From contig JALGWI010000032.1 of NCBI GenBank assembly GCA_025774245.1, forward strand, positions 226-64,225: a DNA stretch of 64,000 nucleotides, in the 5' to 3' direction. This DNA is from a bacterium (GTDB lineage: Bacteria; Joyebacterota; Joyebacteria; Joyebacterales; Joyebacteraceae). The position numbers and the translations under genes were made by a program. Within the stretch, counting starts at the first letter, position 1. Every line of letters starts with the position of its first letter. Below are positions 18,649 through 28,966 of the stretch, piece by piece. Under the pieces are notes generated by a model. That model made no database searches and had not been told where the DNA came from. It saw nothing but the letters and a program-made list of their open reading frames with translations.

Positions 18649-19768
18649 TCTCTGCAATCTCGATGAGCTCGTAGTTCCTCGTTCCCACCCCGAGCTCCTC
18701 ACCATACCTGAGCTGAACGGTCGGGTCAACATCGGGGTGGAGGTCCCTGAACTTGTCCCCCCCGGCCCGGTAACCCTCGCTCAGGCTGCTGTTTCGCGCG
18801 GCGGGCGCCTCGTTCACCAGATCGTACGAGGCCTGGTCAATGGCGATCGGGTCGACCGAGGCGAGGACTCCGAGGTCCGGTACGATCGGGACCTTCGCCG
18901 TCCCGTAGCAGTCGCAGAGCGGGTGGACGTCGGTGATGAAGCTCAGGTACCCGATCCGGTCTCGCTTCAGCGAGGTGATGGCCTTCAGGTACTCTACCAT
19001 CTTCCTCTGGAACACGTCGGTGCTTTCGTTCCAGCGGATTCCCACGACCTTCTCAGGGCAGACAGCGATGCACTCCCCGCAGCCGATGCACGTCTGCTCG
19101 TCTATCTGGGCGACCTCGCCGACCCGGATCGCGTCGGCCGGGCACCAGGACGCGCAGATGCCGCAGGCGATGCAGCCCTGGCGGACGTACGGCTTCGTCG
19201 TGGAGTGCTGCTCCAGTTTCCCGGCCCGCGAGGCGCCACCCATGCCCAGGTTCTTGATCGCCCCGCCGAACCCGGACAGCTCGTGGCCCTTGAAGTGTGT
19301 GACGGCGAGGATGCTGTCGGCCTTCACGAGTTCGGATCCGACGGCGGCCTCCTTGAGGATCTGGCCGGCGACCGGCAGCCGGACCTCGCTCGTGCCCCTG
19401 AGCCCGTCCGCGATCACGACCGGCGCACCGACGGCGGAGTACGTGAAGCCGTGCTCCGCGGCCGTTCGCATGTGCAGGACGGTGTCGCTTCGGCTCCCGC
19501 GGTACAGCGTGTTCGTGTCGGTCAGGAACGGCCTCGCGCCCTCCTGGAGAAGCCACGAGACGACCCTCCGAACGAACAGGGGCTTCACGTGGCCGGTCTC
19601 GCTGCTCTCGCCGAAGTGGAGCTTGACGGCAACGATCTTGTCCTTCGCGGCGATCTTCCTGAGGTCGCTCTCCTGGAGCAACCGGTCGAGCCGGGCCAGG
19701 ATGTCGTCCGCGCCGCCGTCGTACACACGGAGCAGGTGGACCCTGCTTTTCGTAGGACCGTCCGGCAC
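18626..19768 (-). CDS. DUF362-family protein with embedded 2x[4Fe-4S] ferredoxin domain
   Basis: GTG start with GGAGGG upstream; CIACGICASWCP and CIGCGECIAVCP cluster motifs; DUF362-like flanks. The last 7 codons overlap the 5' end of tRNA-Arg. Confidence 0.7.
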   Translation of the reverse strand: MPDGPTKSRVHLLRVYDGGADDILARLDRLLQESDLRKIAAKDKIVAVKLHFGESSETGHVKPLFVRRVVSWLLQEGARPFLTDTNTLYRGSRSDTVLHMRTAAEHGFTYSAVGAPVVIADGLRGTSEVRLPVAGQILKEAAVGSELVKADSILAVTHFKGHELSGFGGAIKNLGMGGASRAGKLEQHSTTKPYVRQGCIACGICASWCPADAIRVGEVAQIDEQTCIGCGECIAVCPEKVVGIRWNESTDVFQRKMVEYLKAITSLKRDRIGYLSFITDVHPLCDCYGTAKVPIVPDLGVLASVDPIAIDQASYDLVNEAPAARNSSLSEGYRAGGDKFRDLHPDVDPTVQLRYGEELGVGTRNYELIEIAESARSSAG

Positions 19769-19800
19769 GCTTCCCTCCCCCGTTCGACGGACCGCCGCCG

Positions 19801-20364
19801 TCAGCTGCCGCCCCGCCGCCCCGCGGCAAGCGCGCGCCGCGCCTCGACGGCGTAGATGACTCCCGATACGACCGCGAGCCCCACGCCCGCGATCGCGAGC
19901 GGCAGCTCGAGCGGCTCGATGTTGAGCACGTAGGCCAGCACCATCGCGGACAGGACGACGAACCCGATCTTGCCGGGCCTGTTCGCCGCCGGAACCGACG
20001 CGGCCCTCCGCCCGACCACGACGACGCCCACGAGGCCCGCCACGTCCCTCGCGACGAGCACGACGAGCGCCGGCATCGGAAACTCCCCCCTGATCGCCAG
20101 GAACAGGAGGATCGAGTCGATCGCGATCTTGTCCGCGATCGGGTCGAGGATCTTCCCGATCTCGGTGACGCGCCCCGTCTTCCTCGCGATGTACCCGTCG
20201 ATGCCGTCAGACAGCATCATGGCCAGGATGACGACCACGGCGTCCCCGCGCCGTCCCGACGCCAGCAGGACCAGCACGACCGGCACGAGCACGATCCGCG
20301 CGAGGGTCACGAGGTTCGGCGGCGTCAGGAGATCACGGAGCTTGAATCGCTCGATCCGGCCCAT
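19801..20364 (-). CDS. pgsA: CDP-diacylglycerol--glycerol-3-phosphate 3-phosphatidyltransferase
   Basis: CDP-alcohol phosphatidyltransferase motif DGIDGYIARKTGRVTEIGKILDPIADK; 4-5 TM helices. Confidence 0.85.
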   Translation of the reverse strand: MGRIERFKLRDLLTPPNLVTLARIVLVPVVLVLLASGRRGDAVVVILAMMLSDGIDGYIARKTGRVTEIGKILDPIADKIAIDSILLFLAIRGEFPMPALVVLVARDVAGLVGVVVVGRRAASVPAANRPGKIGFVVLSAMVLAYVLNIEPLELPLAIAGVGLAVVSGVIYAVEARRALAAGRRGGS

Positions 20365-20368
20365 CCGG

Positions 20369-21235
20369 CTACCTCTCCCTCACGCGCCCCGCCCAGCGCA
20401 TCTTCCTGCGGAGGATCTCGTAGTACGAGTGCTCCGCCATCTCGACGAGCTGCGCCCTCGTCCTCGCCGTCCTCACGTGCACGACGTCTCCCTCGCCGAT
20501 GCCGAACGAGCGCTGGCCGTCGGTCGTCACGATCGTCTGATCGTCGCTCGAGAGCATCTCGACCTCGATCTCGACCGTCGGCGGGACGATGAGCGGCCGC
20601 ATGCTCAGCGTGTGCGGACAGATCGGCGTCAGGATGATCGCCTCGACGTTGGGAGCGAGGACCGGCCCCCCCGCGGAGAGCGAGTGCGCGGTCGATCCCG
20701 TCGGAGTCGACAGGATGAGGCCGTCGGCGGCGTAGCGCGTGACGAGCTGCCCGTCGACGCGCGCCTCGAACGAGAGCATCCTCGACTCAGCGTCCTTCGT
20801 GATGACGACGTCGTTCAGGGCGACGGCGACGCCGTCCTGCCCGGCGACCCCGGTCTCGAGCATCATCCGGCCGCTCACGGGAAGCTCCCCGGGGTCGAGG
20901 CACCCGAGGACGCCTCCGAGCTCGTCCCCGGCGACCTGCGTGAGGAACCCCAGGCTCCCCATGTTGACTCCGAAGATCGGAGTCTCCCTCCCGGCGATCG
21001 CGACCTCGCGCGCGGCGAAGAGGATCGCGCCGTCGCCACCGAACGCGAAGATCAAATCGGACCTGGCGACGACGTCCGCCGAAGGAACGCAGTCGACCGA
21101 CGCCGGCGCCTCGCTCCGGTTCCGGTCGTCGACGATGACATCGAGCCCGCGCTCAGCCGCCCACACGCGGACCCTCTCGATGGCCTCCCCGATCCCCTCC
21201 TTGAGGGGATTCGCCATGATGCCGACTGTCTTCAT
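20369..21235 (-). CDS. nadK: NAD kinase
   Basis: GGDGAIL motif, NMGSLGFL, conserved ATP-NAD kinase C-terminal domain. Confidence 0.9.
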   Translation of the reverse strand: MKTVGIMANPLKEGIGEAIERVRVWAAERGLDVIVDDRNRSEAPASVDCVPSADVVARSDLIFAFGGDGAILFAAREVAIAGRETPIFGVNMGSLGFLTQVAGDELGGVLGCLDPGELPVSGRMMLETGVAGQDGVAVALNDVVITKDAESRMLSFEARVDGQLVTRYAADGLILSTPTGSTAHSLSAGGPVLAPNVEAIILTPICPHTLSMRPLIVPPTVEIEVEMLSSDDQTIVTTDGQRSFGIGEGDVVHVRTARTRAQLVEMAEHSYYEILRRKMRWAGRVRER

Positions 21236-21239
21236 CGCG

Positions 21240-23141
21240 TCATGACCCTCCTCTGACGACCCGCGAGCGCGCCACGAGATCCGCCGCGCGCGCTGCGATC
21301 CGCTCGACGGTCAGTCCGCAGTCCTCGAGCAGACGACCGCGGGACCCGTGTGTGATGAACTCGTCGGGGAGCGCGACGATCCTCGTCCTGACGTCGTCGA
21401 TCCCCTCGGCCTGGAGAAGCTCCATGACCGCCGAGCCGAAGCCGCCCATGGCGACGTTCTCCTCGATCGTGACGACCGCCCCCGTCCTCGAAGCCTCCTC
21501 GACGATGAGGTCGCGGTCGAGCGGCTTCACGAAGCGCGCGTTCACGACCGACGCCTCGATCCCGTCGGCCGCGAGCTTCTCGGCGACCTCCTCGGCCACC
21601 TGCACCATCGAGCCGATCGCGATGAGGGAGACGTCGGTGCCCTCCCTCAGGCGCTCGCCCCGTCCGATCGGAACGACCGGCGGGTCGAAGTCCATCCGGA
21701 CGCCTCGCCCCGCGCCGCGGGGGTAGCGCACGGCGATCGGTCCCTCGTCGTGCGCGACCGCGGTCCGGACCATCGAGCCGAGTTCGTTCTCATCCTTCGG
21801 CGCCATGAGTACGAGGTTCGGCACGGCCCGGAGGAACGACAGGTCGAAGACACCGTGGTGCGTCGGCCCGTCGTCTCCAACGACGCCTCCGCGGTCGATC
21901 ATGAACCTGACCGGCAGGTTCTGGAGACAGACGTCGTGGATGATCTGATCGTAGGCGCGCTGGGCGAACGAAGAGTAGAGAGCGACGACGGGCTTCACCC
22001 CCTGAGCCGCGAGCCCGGCGCCGAACGTCACGGCGTGCTGCTCCGCGATGCCGACGTCGAAGAAGCGATCGGGGAAGTGCTTGGCGAAGTGCACGAGCCC
22101 GGTGCCGGCCGGCATCGCCGCCGTCACCGCCACGATCTTCTCGTCGTCCTCCGCGAGCGAAACGAGCGTGCGGCCGAAGACCTCAGTGTACGAGATCGCC
22201 GTCGGCTGCTTCGTGAGCGTCCCGGTCGTCTTGTCGAAGGCGCCGATCCCGTGAAACCGGGAGGCGTCCTCCTCCGCGGGCGCGAACCCCTTCCCCTTCG
22301 TGGTGATCACGTGAACGAGGAGCGGCCCCTCGGTGTGCTTGAGCCGCTCGAACGCGCGGATCAGGAGCTCGACGTCGTGACCGTCGATGGGGCCGAAGTA
22401 CTTGAAGCCGAGCTCCTCGAACAGGATCCCGGGCACGAAGATGCCGCGGAGCCCCTCGAGGGCGCGGCTCGTCAGCTCGCGCGTCCGCTCGCCGACGGCG
22501 GGGATCTTCCCCATGATGTCCCAGACCTCGGACTCGAGCCGCTGGTAGGTCGGCGCGGTCAGGAGCCTCGTCAGGTACTGCGAGAGCGCGCCGACGTTCT
22601 TCGAGATCGACATGCGGTTGTCGTTCACGACGACCATCAGGTTCTTCTTCAGGTGTCCCGCCTGGTTCAGCCCCTCGAACGCGAGGCCCGCCGTGAGCGA
22701 CCCATCGCCGATCACGGCGATCACCCGGAAGTCCTCCTCGAGGAGGTCCCGGGCGCAGGCCATGCCGAGCGCGGCGGAGATCGACGTGCTCGCGTGGCCC
22801 GTGTTGAAGGCGTCGTGCGGGCTCTCCTCGCGGCGCGGGAAGCCGGCGATGCCTCCGTACTGGCGGAGGGTCTCGAAGCTCTCCCGGCGCCCCGTCAGGA
22901 GCTTGTGGGCGTAGCTCTGGTGGCCGACGTCCCAGATGATCTTGTCCGTCGGCGAATCGAAGACGCGATGGAGCGCGAGCGTGAGCTCGATCACGCCCAG
23001 GCTCGGCGCCAGGTGGCCGCCGTACTTCGACACCACCCGGACGATCTCCTGGCGGAGCTCCTCTGCGAGCGGCTCGAGCTCGTCCTCGGGGAGCGCCTTG
23101 AGATCCGCAGGCTGGTCGATCCTGTCGAGAATGCGTCCCAT
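21240..23141 (-). CDS. dxs: 1-deoxy-D-xylulose-5-phosphate synthase
   Basis: 633 aa; TPP-binding GDG...N motif, transketolase-like pyrimidine and C-terminal domains; classic xseB-ispA-dxs neighbourhood. Confidence 0.95.
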   Translation of the reverse strand: MGRILDRIDQPADLKALPEDELEPLAEELRQEIVRVVSKYGGHLAPSLGVIELTLALHRVFDSPTDKIIWDVGHQSYAHKLLTGRRESFETLRQYGGIAGFPRREESPHDAFNTGHASTSISAALGMACARDLLEEDFRVIAVIGDGSLTAGLAFEGLNQAGHLKKNLMVVVNDNRMSISKNVGALSQYLTRLLTAPTYQRLESEVWDIMGKIPAVGERTRELTSRALEGLRGIFVPGILFEELGFKYFGPIDGHDVELLIRAFERLKHTEGPLLVHVITTKGKGFAPAEEDASRFHGIGAFDKTTGTLTKQPTAISYTEVFGRTLVSLAEDDEKIVAVTAAMPAGTGLVHFAKHFPDRFFDVGIAEQHAVTFGAGLAAQGVKPVVALYSSFAQRAYDQIIHDVCLQNLPVRFMIDRGGVVGDDGPTHHGVFDLSFLRAVPNLVLMAPKDENELGSMVRTAVAHDEGPIAVRYPRGAGRGVRMDFDPPVVPIGRGERLREGTDVSLIAIGSMVQVAEEVAEKLAADGIEASVVNARFVKPLDRDLIVEEASRTGAVVTIEENVAMGGFGSAVMELLQAEGIDDVRTRIVALPDEFITHGSRGRLLEDCGLTVERIAARAADLVARSRVVRGGS

Positions 23142-23166
23142 CGTTCCCTCAGTTCCGCCGGTCCAC

Positions 23167-24051
23167 TCAGTTCCGCCGATTCACGATGAACCGGGCGATC
23201 TCGCGGAGCGGCCAGGCCTCGCCGCCGAACCGCTCGAGGGCGGCAAGCGCCTCGTCCGTGAGCCCGCGCGCCCGTTCCTCCGCCTTGTCCAGTCCGACGA
23301 CCGCCGGATACGTCTGCTTCCCGCGGCCCCGGTCCTTGCCGACGGCCTTCCCCATCTCGTCCTCGGTTCCCCGCTCGTCCAGGAGGTCGTCGGCGATCTG
23401 GAACGCCAGCCCGATCGCCCTTCCGTAGGTACGGAGGGCCGCGAGGGCGTCCTCGCCGGCGCCGGCCGAGAGCGCGCCGATCGCGACCGCGGCCTCGATC
23501 GGGAGCGCCGTCTTGTGCGTGTGGATGAACTCCACGCTTCCGAGCGTCGGCGCCGATCGCTCGCCCTCGAGGTCGGCCGCCTGGCCCCCGACCATTCCCG
23601 ACGGCCCGTTCGCGCTCGCGAGCTCTCGCAGGACGGCGTTCCGGCGCTCGTGCGACAGGGCGTCCTCGCCGAGGACGATGGCGAACGCGAGCGTCAGGAG
23701 CCCGTCGCCCGCGAGGATCGCGAGCCCCTCGCCGTACGCCTTGTGGCAGGTCGGACGGCCCCGCCTGAGGTCGTCGTCGTCCATCGCGGGAAGGTCGTCG
23801 TGGATGAGCGAGTAAGTGTGGACGATCTCGGACGCGCACGCCGGCGCCATGACCGCGTCGCCCTCCCCGCCCGCGAGCTCGTAGGCCGCGATGGCGAGGA
23901 TGGGGCGGAGCCGCTTCCCTCCCGAGAAGACGCTGTACCGCATCGCCTCGTGCAGCCTCTCGGGCGGCGTGTCGGCCGGGGGCAGGAGGCGGTCGAGCGC
24001 CCGCTCGACGGCCTCCCTCTTCCCGGCAAGGTACGACTCGAGCGACGCCAC
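23167..24051 (-). CDS. ispA: (2E,6E)-farnesyl / geranylgeranyl diphosphate synthase
   Basis: [38 protein letters not shown]. Start taken at GTG 5 nt after the xseB stop (the ORF's upstream ATG at 24090 would overlap xseB by 35 nt). Confidence 0.85.
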   Translation of the reverse strand: MASLESYLAGKREAVERALDRLLPPADTPPERLHEAMRYSVFSGGKRLRPILAIAAYELAGGEGDAVMAPACASEIVHTYSLIHDDLPAMDDDDLRRGRPTCHKAYGEGLAILAGDGLLTLAFAIVLGEDALSHERRNAVLRELASANGPSGMVGGQAADLEGERSAPTLGSVEFIHTHKTALPIEAAVAIGALSAGAGEDALAALRTYGRAIGLAFQIADDLLDERGTEDEMGKAVGKDRGRGKQTYPAVVGLDKAEERARGLTDEALAALERFGGEAWPLREIARFIVNRRN

Positions 24052-24055
24052 CCCG

Positions 24056-24298
24056 CTAGCTCTCCTCTCCGATGTCGTCGTCGAACTCATCGAAGGCGAT
24101 CTGTCCTTCCTCGTCGCGCGAGAGCTTGAGGACCCGCTCCTGCGCCTTGTCCAGGATCTTCGTGAGCTTCCTGATGAGCTTCACGCCCTCCTCGTATGCC
24201 TCGAGGGACTCCTCGAGACCGAGGTCGCTCTCCTCGAGCTTCCCCACGAGCTTCTCGAGCTGGGCCATGTCGCTCTCGAACGTCTGCTTCTTGGTCAC
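24056..24298 (-). CDS. xseB: Exodeoxyribonuclease VII small subunit
   Basis: 80 aa from GTG (GGAGGA 4 nt upstream); FESDMAQLEKLVGKLEESDLGLEESLEAYEEGVKLIRKL... matches XseB; GTG overlaps the xseA TGA (GTGA). Confidence 0.8.
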   Translation of the reverse strand: MTKKQTFESDMAQLEKLVGKLEESDLGLEESLEAYEEGVKLIRKLTKILDKAQERVLKLSRDEEGQIAFDEFDDDIGEES

Positions 24299-25524
24299 TT
24301 CTTCCTCCGCGATCCAGGGGAGATGCTGGTGACCGTTCCGTCGAACGAGCCGTCCGTCAGAGTCACCCTGATGCCGCCGCCCTCGGCCACGTCTCCGAGC
24401 GACCGCACGGGCGTGAGCCCGGGAAGCGAGGAGACCGCGGCGAAGCCGCGCGCCAGGATGTGCGAGGGGTTGGCGAGTTCTAGCTCCGACGCGAACCGTT
24501 CGAGCCGCGCCGTCTCCGTCGAGAGCCTCACCTTCACCGTTCCCGTGACCCTCCGCGAGAGGTCGTCGACCCGCTGCGCGAGGTTCTCGGCGAGCTCGCG
24601 GGGGCGTCGGAACGCGTAGGCTCCACTCGACCGCGTGAGGCGATCGGTGTGCCTCCTCAGGTTCGACCTCATCGCCGCGACGCGGCGCGCGTCGAGCGAC
24701 CGGACGGCCCTTGCGACCTCGGTCCTGTCGGGAACGACCCTCTCGGCCGCGTGCGAAGGGGTCGCGGCGCGCGCGTCGGCGACGAAGTCGGCGATCGTGT
24801 AGTCGACCTCGTGGCCGACCGCCGAGACGATGGGCGTCCTCGCGCCGAAGATCGCCCGCGCGACGGCCTCTTCGTTGAACGCCCACAGGTCCTCGAGCGA
24901 GCCGCCGCCCCTCCCGACGATCGCGACGTCGGCCTCGCCCCACTCATCGAGGAGCTCGATCGCCGCCACGATCCCGGGGACGGCACCTGCGCCCTGGACC
25001 GCCGTCGGTATCACGACGATGCGCGTCGCCGGCGAGCGCCTCCCGACAACCCGGATGACGTCCCGCACGGCCGCCCCGGTCGGCGACGTGATCACCGCCA
25101 CGGTGGCGGGCGACGCCGGGAGCTCCTTCTTCGCCTCCTCGGCGAAGAGCCCCTCCGCGGAGAGCCTCTTCTTGAGCGCCTCGAACGCCGCGGCGAGGGC
25201 CCCGAGCCCGGACGGCTTCATCCGCTCGACGTAGAGCTGGTACCTCCCGGCCTTCTCGTAGACCTTGACGCGTCCCCACACCAGGATCTTGTCGCCGTCC
25301 TTCGGACGGAACCCGAGCCTCGTGTTCTGGTGCCGGAACATGACGCAGCCGAGCGTGCTGGCGTCGTCCTTGAGGGTGAAGTACATGTGGCCCGACGAGG
25401 CGTGCTTGAAGTTCGAGATCTCCCCCTCCACCCAGAACAGCGGGAGCGACGACTCCAGGACAGCCTTCACCTGAGCCGTGACCTCGCTCACCGTGTAGAC
25501 GCGTTCCTCCGTTCCTCCTCCCAA
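24295..25524 (-). CDS. xseA: Exodeoxyribonuclease VII large subunit
   Basis: TTG start with GGGAGG 4 nt upstream; YTVSEVTAQVKAVLE...FWVEGEISNFK...SGHMYFTLKD OB-fold N-terminus; catalytic and coiled-coil C-terminus. Confidence 0.9.
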   Translation of the reverse strand: MGGGTEERVYTVSEVTAQVKAVLESSLPLFWVEGEISNFKHASSGHMYFTLKDDASTLGCVMFRHQNTRLGFRPKDGDKILVWGRVKVYEKAGRYQLYVERMKPSGLGALAAAFEALKKRLSAEGLFAEEAKKELPASPATVAVITSPTGAAVRDVIRVVGRRSPATRIVVIPTAVQGAGAVPGIVAAIELLDEWGEADVAIVGRGGGSLEDLWAFNEEAVARAIFGARTPIVSAVGHEVDYTIADFVADARAATPSHAAERVVPDRTEVARAVRSLDARRVAAMRSNLRRHTDRLTRSSGAYAFRRPRELAENLAQRVDDLSRRVTGTVKVRLSTETARLERFASELELANPSHILARGFAAVSSLPGLTPVRSLGDVAEGGGIRVTLTDGSFDGTVTSISPGSRRKK

Positions 25525-25580
25525 CGTTCCTCCCTTTCACGAGGGGTCCGCGGGGTCATCGGGGTCCCGGGCCTCCGCCG

Positions 25581-26480
25581 TCAGGAGCGACTCCGCTCCA
25601 CGGCCTCGACCGTGTTCCTGAGGAGGATCGCCGTCGTCAGCGATCCGACGCCTCCGGGAACCGGCGTCACCGCTGACGCCCGGCCGAGCATCTCCTCGAA
25701 CGCGACGTCCCCGACGGTCCTGCCGCCGCGCTCGCTCGAGGGGTCCTCGATCCAGTTCGTGCCGACGTCGACGACGACGGCACCTTCCGAGATCATGTCG
25801 GCGGTGATCGCCTCGGGGGCCCCCATCGCGGCGACGAGGATGTCGGCGTCGCGCGTGTGGGCGGTGAGGTCCGTGGTGCCGGTGTGACATACGGTGACGG
25901 TCGCGTTCCCTCGTTCCGTCTTCCGGAGGAGAAGGTTCGCGAGCGGCTTTCCGACGACGGTGCTCCGTCCGACGATGACGACGTGCCTGCCGGTCACGGG
26001 GACGTCGTACCCCGCGAGGATCTCGATCACGCCGAGCGCGGTCGCCGGCGCGAAGGCCTCGCTGCCCGACATGAGGAGCCCCATCGAGAGCGTGGTGGCG
26101 CCGTCGATGTCCTTACCGGATGCGATCTCCTCCACGACGGAGGCGGGGACGCCGGACGGGAGCGGCTGCTGCACGATGATGCCGCCGACCTCGGGGTTCT
26201 CCGACAGGCCGCGGATGGTCCGGGCGACCTCTTCGGCCCCGATCTCGGCCGGGAGGGTCGTCAGGACCGCTCTCACGCCGACCTTTGCGGCCGCCTTCTC
26301 GATGCTCCGCGAATACATCTTCGACCCGTGATCGTCGCCCACGAGAACGATCGAGAGGACGACCGGTACGCCGTCGCCCTCGAGCGCGCTCGCCCTCCGG
26401 GCGACGTCCTCCTTGATCCCCTGGGCGATGGGCTTGCCCTTCAAGATCCTCGTCTCCAAAGCGACGTCTCCCCGGCTCAT
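25581..26480 (-). CDS. folD: Bifunctional methylenetetrahydrofolate dehydrogenase / methenyl-THF cyclohydrolase
   Basis: 299 aa; FolD N- and C-terminal domains, GRSxxVGKP NAD(P) motif; ATG overlaps the ymdB TGA (ATGA). Confidence 0.9.
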   Translation of the reverse strand: MSRGDVALETRILKGKPIAQGIKEDVARRASALEGDGVPVVLSIVLVGDDHGSKMYSRSIEKAAAKVGVRAVLTTLPAEIGAEEVARTIRGLSENPEVGGIIVQQPLPSGVPASVVEEIASGKDIDGATTLSMGLLMSGSEAFAPATALGVIEILAGYDVPVTGRHVVIVGRSTVVGKPLANLLLRKTERGNATVTVCHTGTTDLTAHTRDADILVAAMGAPEAITADMISEGAVVVDVGTNWIEDPSSERGGRTVGDVAFEEMLGRASAVTPVPGGVGSLTTAILLRNTVEAVERSRS

Positions 26481-27283
26481 GCCTGGTCCCCCCTCTGCTC
26501 GTCCCCCTCGCAGACGACGATCCGCTCGATCCCCCGAGCGGCGCCGGTCTCGTCCGACACGTCGATCACAACTCCGTTCAGCATTCCCCTTCCGCTCGCC
26601 GCCTCGAAGCGCTGTGGCAGCTGCGTCACGAACCGCGCGATCGAGAGTTCCGTCCTGATGCCGATCACCGAGTCGATCGGACCCGTCATGCCGGCGTCCG
26701 TGATGTAGGCCGTGTGCCCCTCGAGGATCCGCTCGTCGGCCGTCTGGACGTGCGTGTGCGTCCCGACGACCGCGGAGACCCTGCCCGCGAGGTGCTGACC
26801 GAGCGCGATCTTCTCGGAGGTGGCCTCGGCGTGGATGTCGACGAACTGCACGACCGACCTGGTCCTCAGGGAATCGACGAGGTCGGTGCCGACGCGGAAC
26901 GGGCAGTCGATCTCCTGCATGAAGACGCGTCCCTGGAGGTTGATCACGGCGACCGGAACGCCGGTGCGGGTCTCCACGACAGTGGCTCCGCGCCCGACCG
27001 CGCCCGGCGGGTAGTTCGCGGGCCTGAGGATGCGGTCGCACTCATCGAGGAAGTCGACCGCGTCCCTCTTGTCCCAGATGTGGTTCCCGCTCGTCAGGAC
27101 GTCGATGCCGAGATCGAGGAGCTGCCGAGCGATCTTCGGCGTGACGCCGATTCCGCCCGCGGCGTTCTCGCAGTTCGCGATCGTGAGGTCCACGGCGTGC
27201 TTCTCCCTCAGCTCAGGGAGAAACGACGTCACCACCCGCCTCCCGACCTTCCCGACGATGTCGCCGATGAACAGGATCTTCAA
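26477..27283 (-). CDS. ymdB: YmdB-like metallophosphoesterase (TIGR00282 family, 2',3'-cNMP phosphodiesterase-like)
   Basis: Near-collinear match to YmdB: KILFIGDIVG, GNHIWDK, ILRPANYPPGAVGRG, DIHAEATSEK, VVGTHTHVQTADERIL. TTG start chosen to give MKILFIGD (ORF track GTG 54 nt upstream is the alternative). Confidence 0.8.
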   Translation of the reverse strand: MKILFIGDIVGKVGRRVVTSFLPELREKHAVDLTIANCENAAGGIGVTPKIARQLLDLGIDVLTSGNHIWDKRDAVDFLDECDRILRPANYPPGAVGRGATVVETRTGVPVAVINLQGRVFMQEIDCPFRVGTDLVDSLRTRSVVQFVDIHAEATSEKIALGQHLAGRVSAVVGTHTHVQTADERILEGHTAYITDAGMTGPIDSVIGIRTELSIARFVTQLPQRFEAASGRGMLNGVVIDVSDETGAARGIERIVVCEGDEQRGDQA

Positions 27284-27305
27284 TTTGTGCTCCCGCCCTC
27301 CCGGG

Positions 27306-28868
27306 CTACTTCGCGTAGTCGACGGCCCGCGTCTCACGGATCACCACGACCTTGATCTGGCCGGGGTACTTCAGCTCGGCCTCGATCTTCCTCGCGACGG
27401 CCGCGGCGAGGATCTCCGCCCTCGCGTCGTCGATCTTCCTGTGCTGGACCATGATCCGAATCTCGCGGCCCGCCTGGATCGCGTACGAGCGCTCGACGCC
27501 CTGGAAGGAGCTCGCGATCTCCTCGAGCTTCTCGAGGCGCTTGATGTAGGTCTCGAGGGTCTCGCGCCTGGCACCGGGCCTCGCGCCGGAGACCGCGTCG
27601 CCGGCCTGGACCAGGACGGCGATCATCGACGTCGGCTCGACGTCCTCGTGGTGCGATTCGATGGCGTTGACGATGAGGTCGTCTTCGCTGTAGCGGCGCG
27701 CCAGTTCGGCGCCGAGGCCGGCGTGTGTCCCCTCCATCGTGTGGTCGACTGACTTCCCGATGTCGTGCAAGAGCCCCGCCCGCTTGGCGACCGCGACGTC
27801 GAAGCCGAGCTCGCCGGCCATGAGGCCGCAGATGAAGGCCACCTCCTTGGAGTGCTGCAGCATGTTCTGCCCGTAGCTCGTCCTGTACTTCAAGCGCCCC
27901 AGGAGCCTGACCAGCTCGGGCTTCAGGTCGTGGATGCCTATGTCGAGACACGTCTCCTCGCCGATCTCCCGGATCTGCTCGTCGAGCTCCTTCGTGACCT
28001 TCTCGACGACCTCCTCGATCCGGCCCGGGTGGATCCGCCCGTCCGTGATGAGCCTCTCGAGCGCCAGCCTCGCGACCTCGCGACGCACGGGATCGAACCC
28101 CGAGAGTATGACGGCCTCGGGCGTGTCGTCGACGATGACGTCGATCCCGGTCGCCGTCTCGAACGCTCGGATGTTCCGACCCTCCCTGCCGATGATGCGG
28201 CCCTTCATCTCGTCGTTCGGGAGGTTCACGACCGACACGGTCGACTCCACGACGTGGTCGGCGGCGCACCGCTGGATCGCCAGGGTCAGGACCTTCTTCG
28301 CTTCCTTGTCGCCCTGCTTCCGCGCCTCATCCTTGATGTCCTTGACCATCCGCGCCGCCTCGAGCCGAGCGTCGCTCTCCATGTTCTTGATCAACAGCTT
28401 CTTCGCGTCGTCGCGGTTCATGCCGGCGATGCGCTCGAGACGCTCGTTCTGCTCGTCGATGAGGCGAGACAGCTTCTCGTTGCGCTCGACGACGGTCGCG
28501 TCCTTCTTCTTGAGCTCCACCTCGGACTGATCGAGCTCCTGCTCCTTCTTGTCGATGAACTCGACCTTGCGGTTGAGGTTCTCCTCCCTCTTCTCGACCT
28601 GCCTCTGCAGCTTCTCGACCTCCGACCTGGTCTGCTGCGTGTCTTCCTCGAATTTCGCTTTGGCACTGTACCACTCGTCCTTGGCCTCGAGCACGGCGGC
28701 CTTCTTCTGCGTCTCGGCCTCCCGCTGGGCCTCCCGCACGATCTTCTCGGCCAGCTCCTCGGCGCTCACGATCTTGCCGCGATCGACCAGCCGCCTCGCG
28801 AACCAGCCCGCGAGGAAGACCGCCACAGAAATCAGAAACACGATGACTACGGATGCCAGGTTCTGCAT
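27306..28868 (-). CDS. rny: Ribonuclease Y
   Basis: 520 aa; N-terminal TM helix, coiled coil, KH domain ([15 protein letters not shown]), HD domain (HSKEVAF...LLHDIGK). rny-ymdB pairing as in Bacillus. Confidence 0.95.
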   Translation of the reverse strand: MQNLASVVIVFLISVAVFLAGWFARRLVDRGKIVSAEELAEKIVREAQREAETQKKAAVLEAKDEWYSAKAKFEEDTQQTRSEVEKLQRQVEKREENLNRKVEFIDKKEQELDQSEVELKKKDATVVERNEKLSRLIDEQNERLERIAGMNRDDAKKLLIKNMESDARLEAARMVKDIKDEARKQGDKEAKKVLTLAIQRCAADHVVESTVSVVNLPNDEMKGRIIGREGRNIRAFETATGIDVIVDDTPEAVILSGFDPVRREVARLALERLITDGRIHPGRIEEVVEKVTKELDEQIREIGEETCLDIGIHDLKPELVRLLGRLKYRTSYGQNMLQHSKEVAFICGLMAGELGFDVAVAKRAGLLHDIGKSVDHTMEGTHAGLGAELARRYSEDDLIVNAIESHHEDVEPTSMIAVLVQAGDAVSGARPGARRETLETYIKRLEKLEEIASSFQGVERSYAIQAGREIRIMVQHRKIDDARAEILAAAVARKIEAELKYPGQIKVVVIRETRAVDYAK

Positions 28869-28966
28869 TCAGTTCTCCCCTCCCATCTATCTAAATTGCG
28901 GTCCATACGAGCCCCGGCCGTCCGCCGTCGATGCGCAGCACCGCGCGAGAGGCGCGCCGCGTGCGA

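Noticed and set aside
18463-18732. 5' extension of ORF 16327..18732 (MLTRPFSS...RAPVAQLDRALDSGSSCRRFES)
   Set aside because: This is the in-frame translation of the tRNA-Arg gene and its flanks; the real M28 start is the ATG at 18462 with AGGAGG and a signal peptide.
21348-23189. 613-aa plus-strand ORF
   Set aside because: Antisense to dxs.
24090-24090. ispA start at the upstream ATG (24090)
   Set aside because: It would overlap xseB by 35 nt. A GTG 5 nt after the xseB stop gives a conventional arrangement and a typical IspA length; the ATG is kept only as an alternative.
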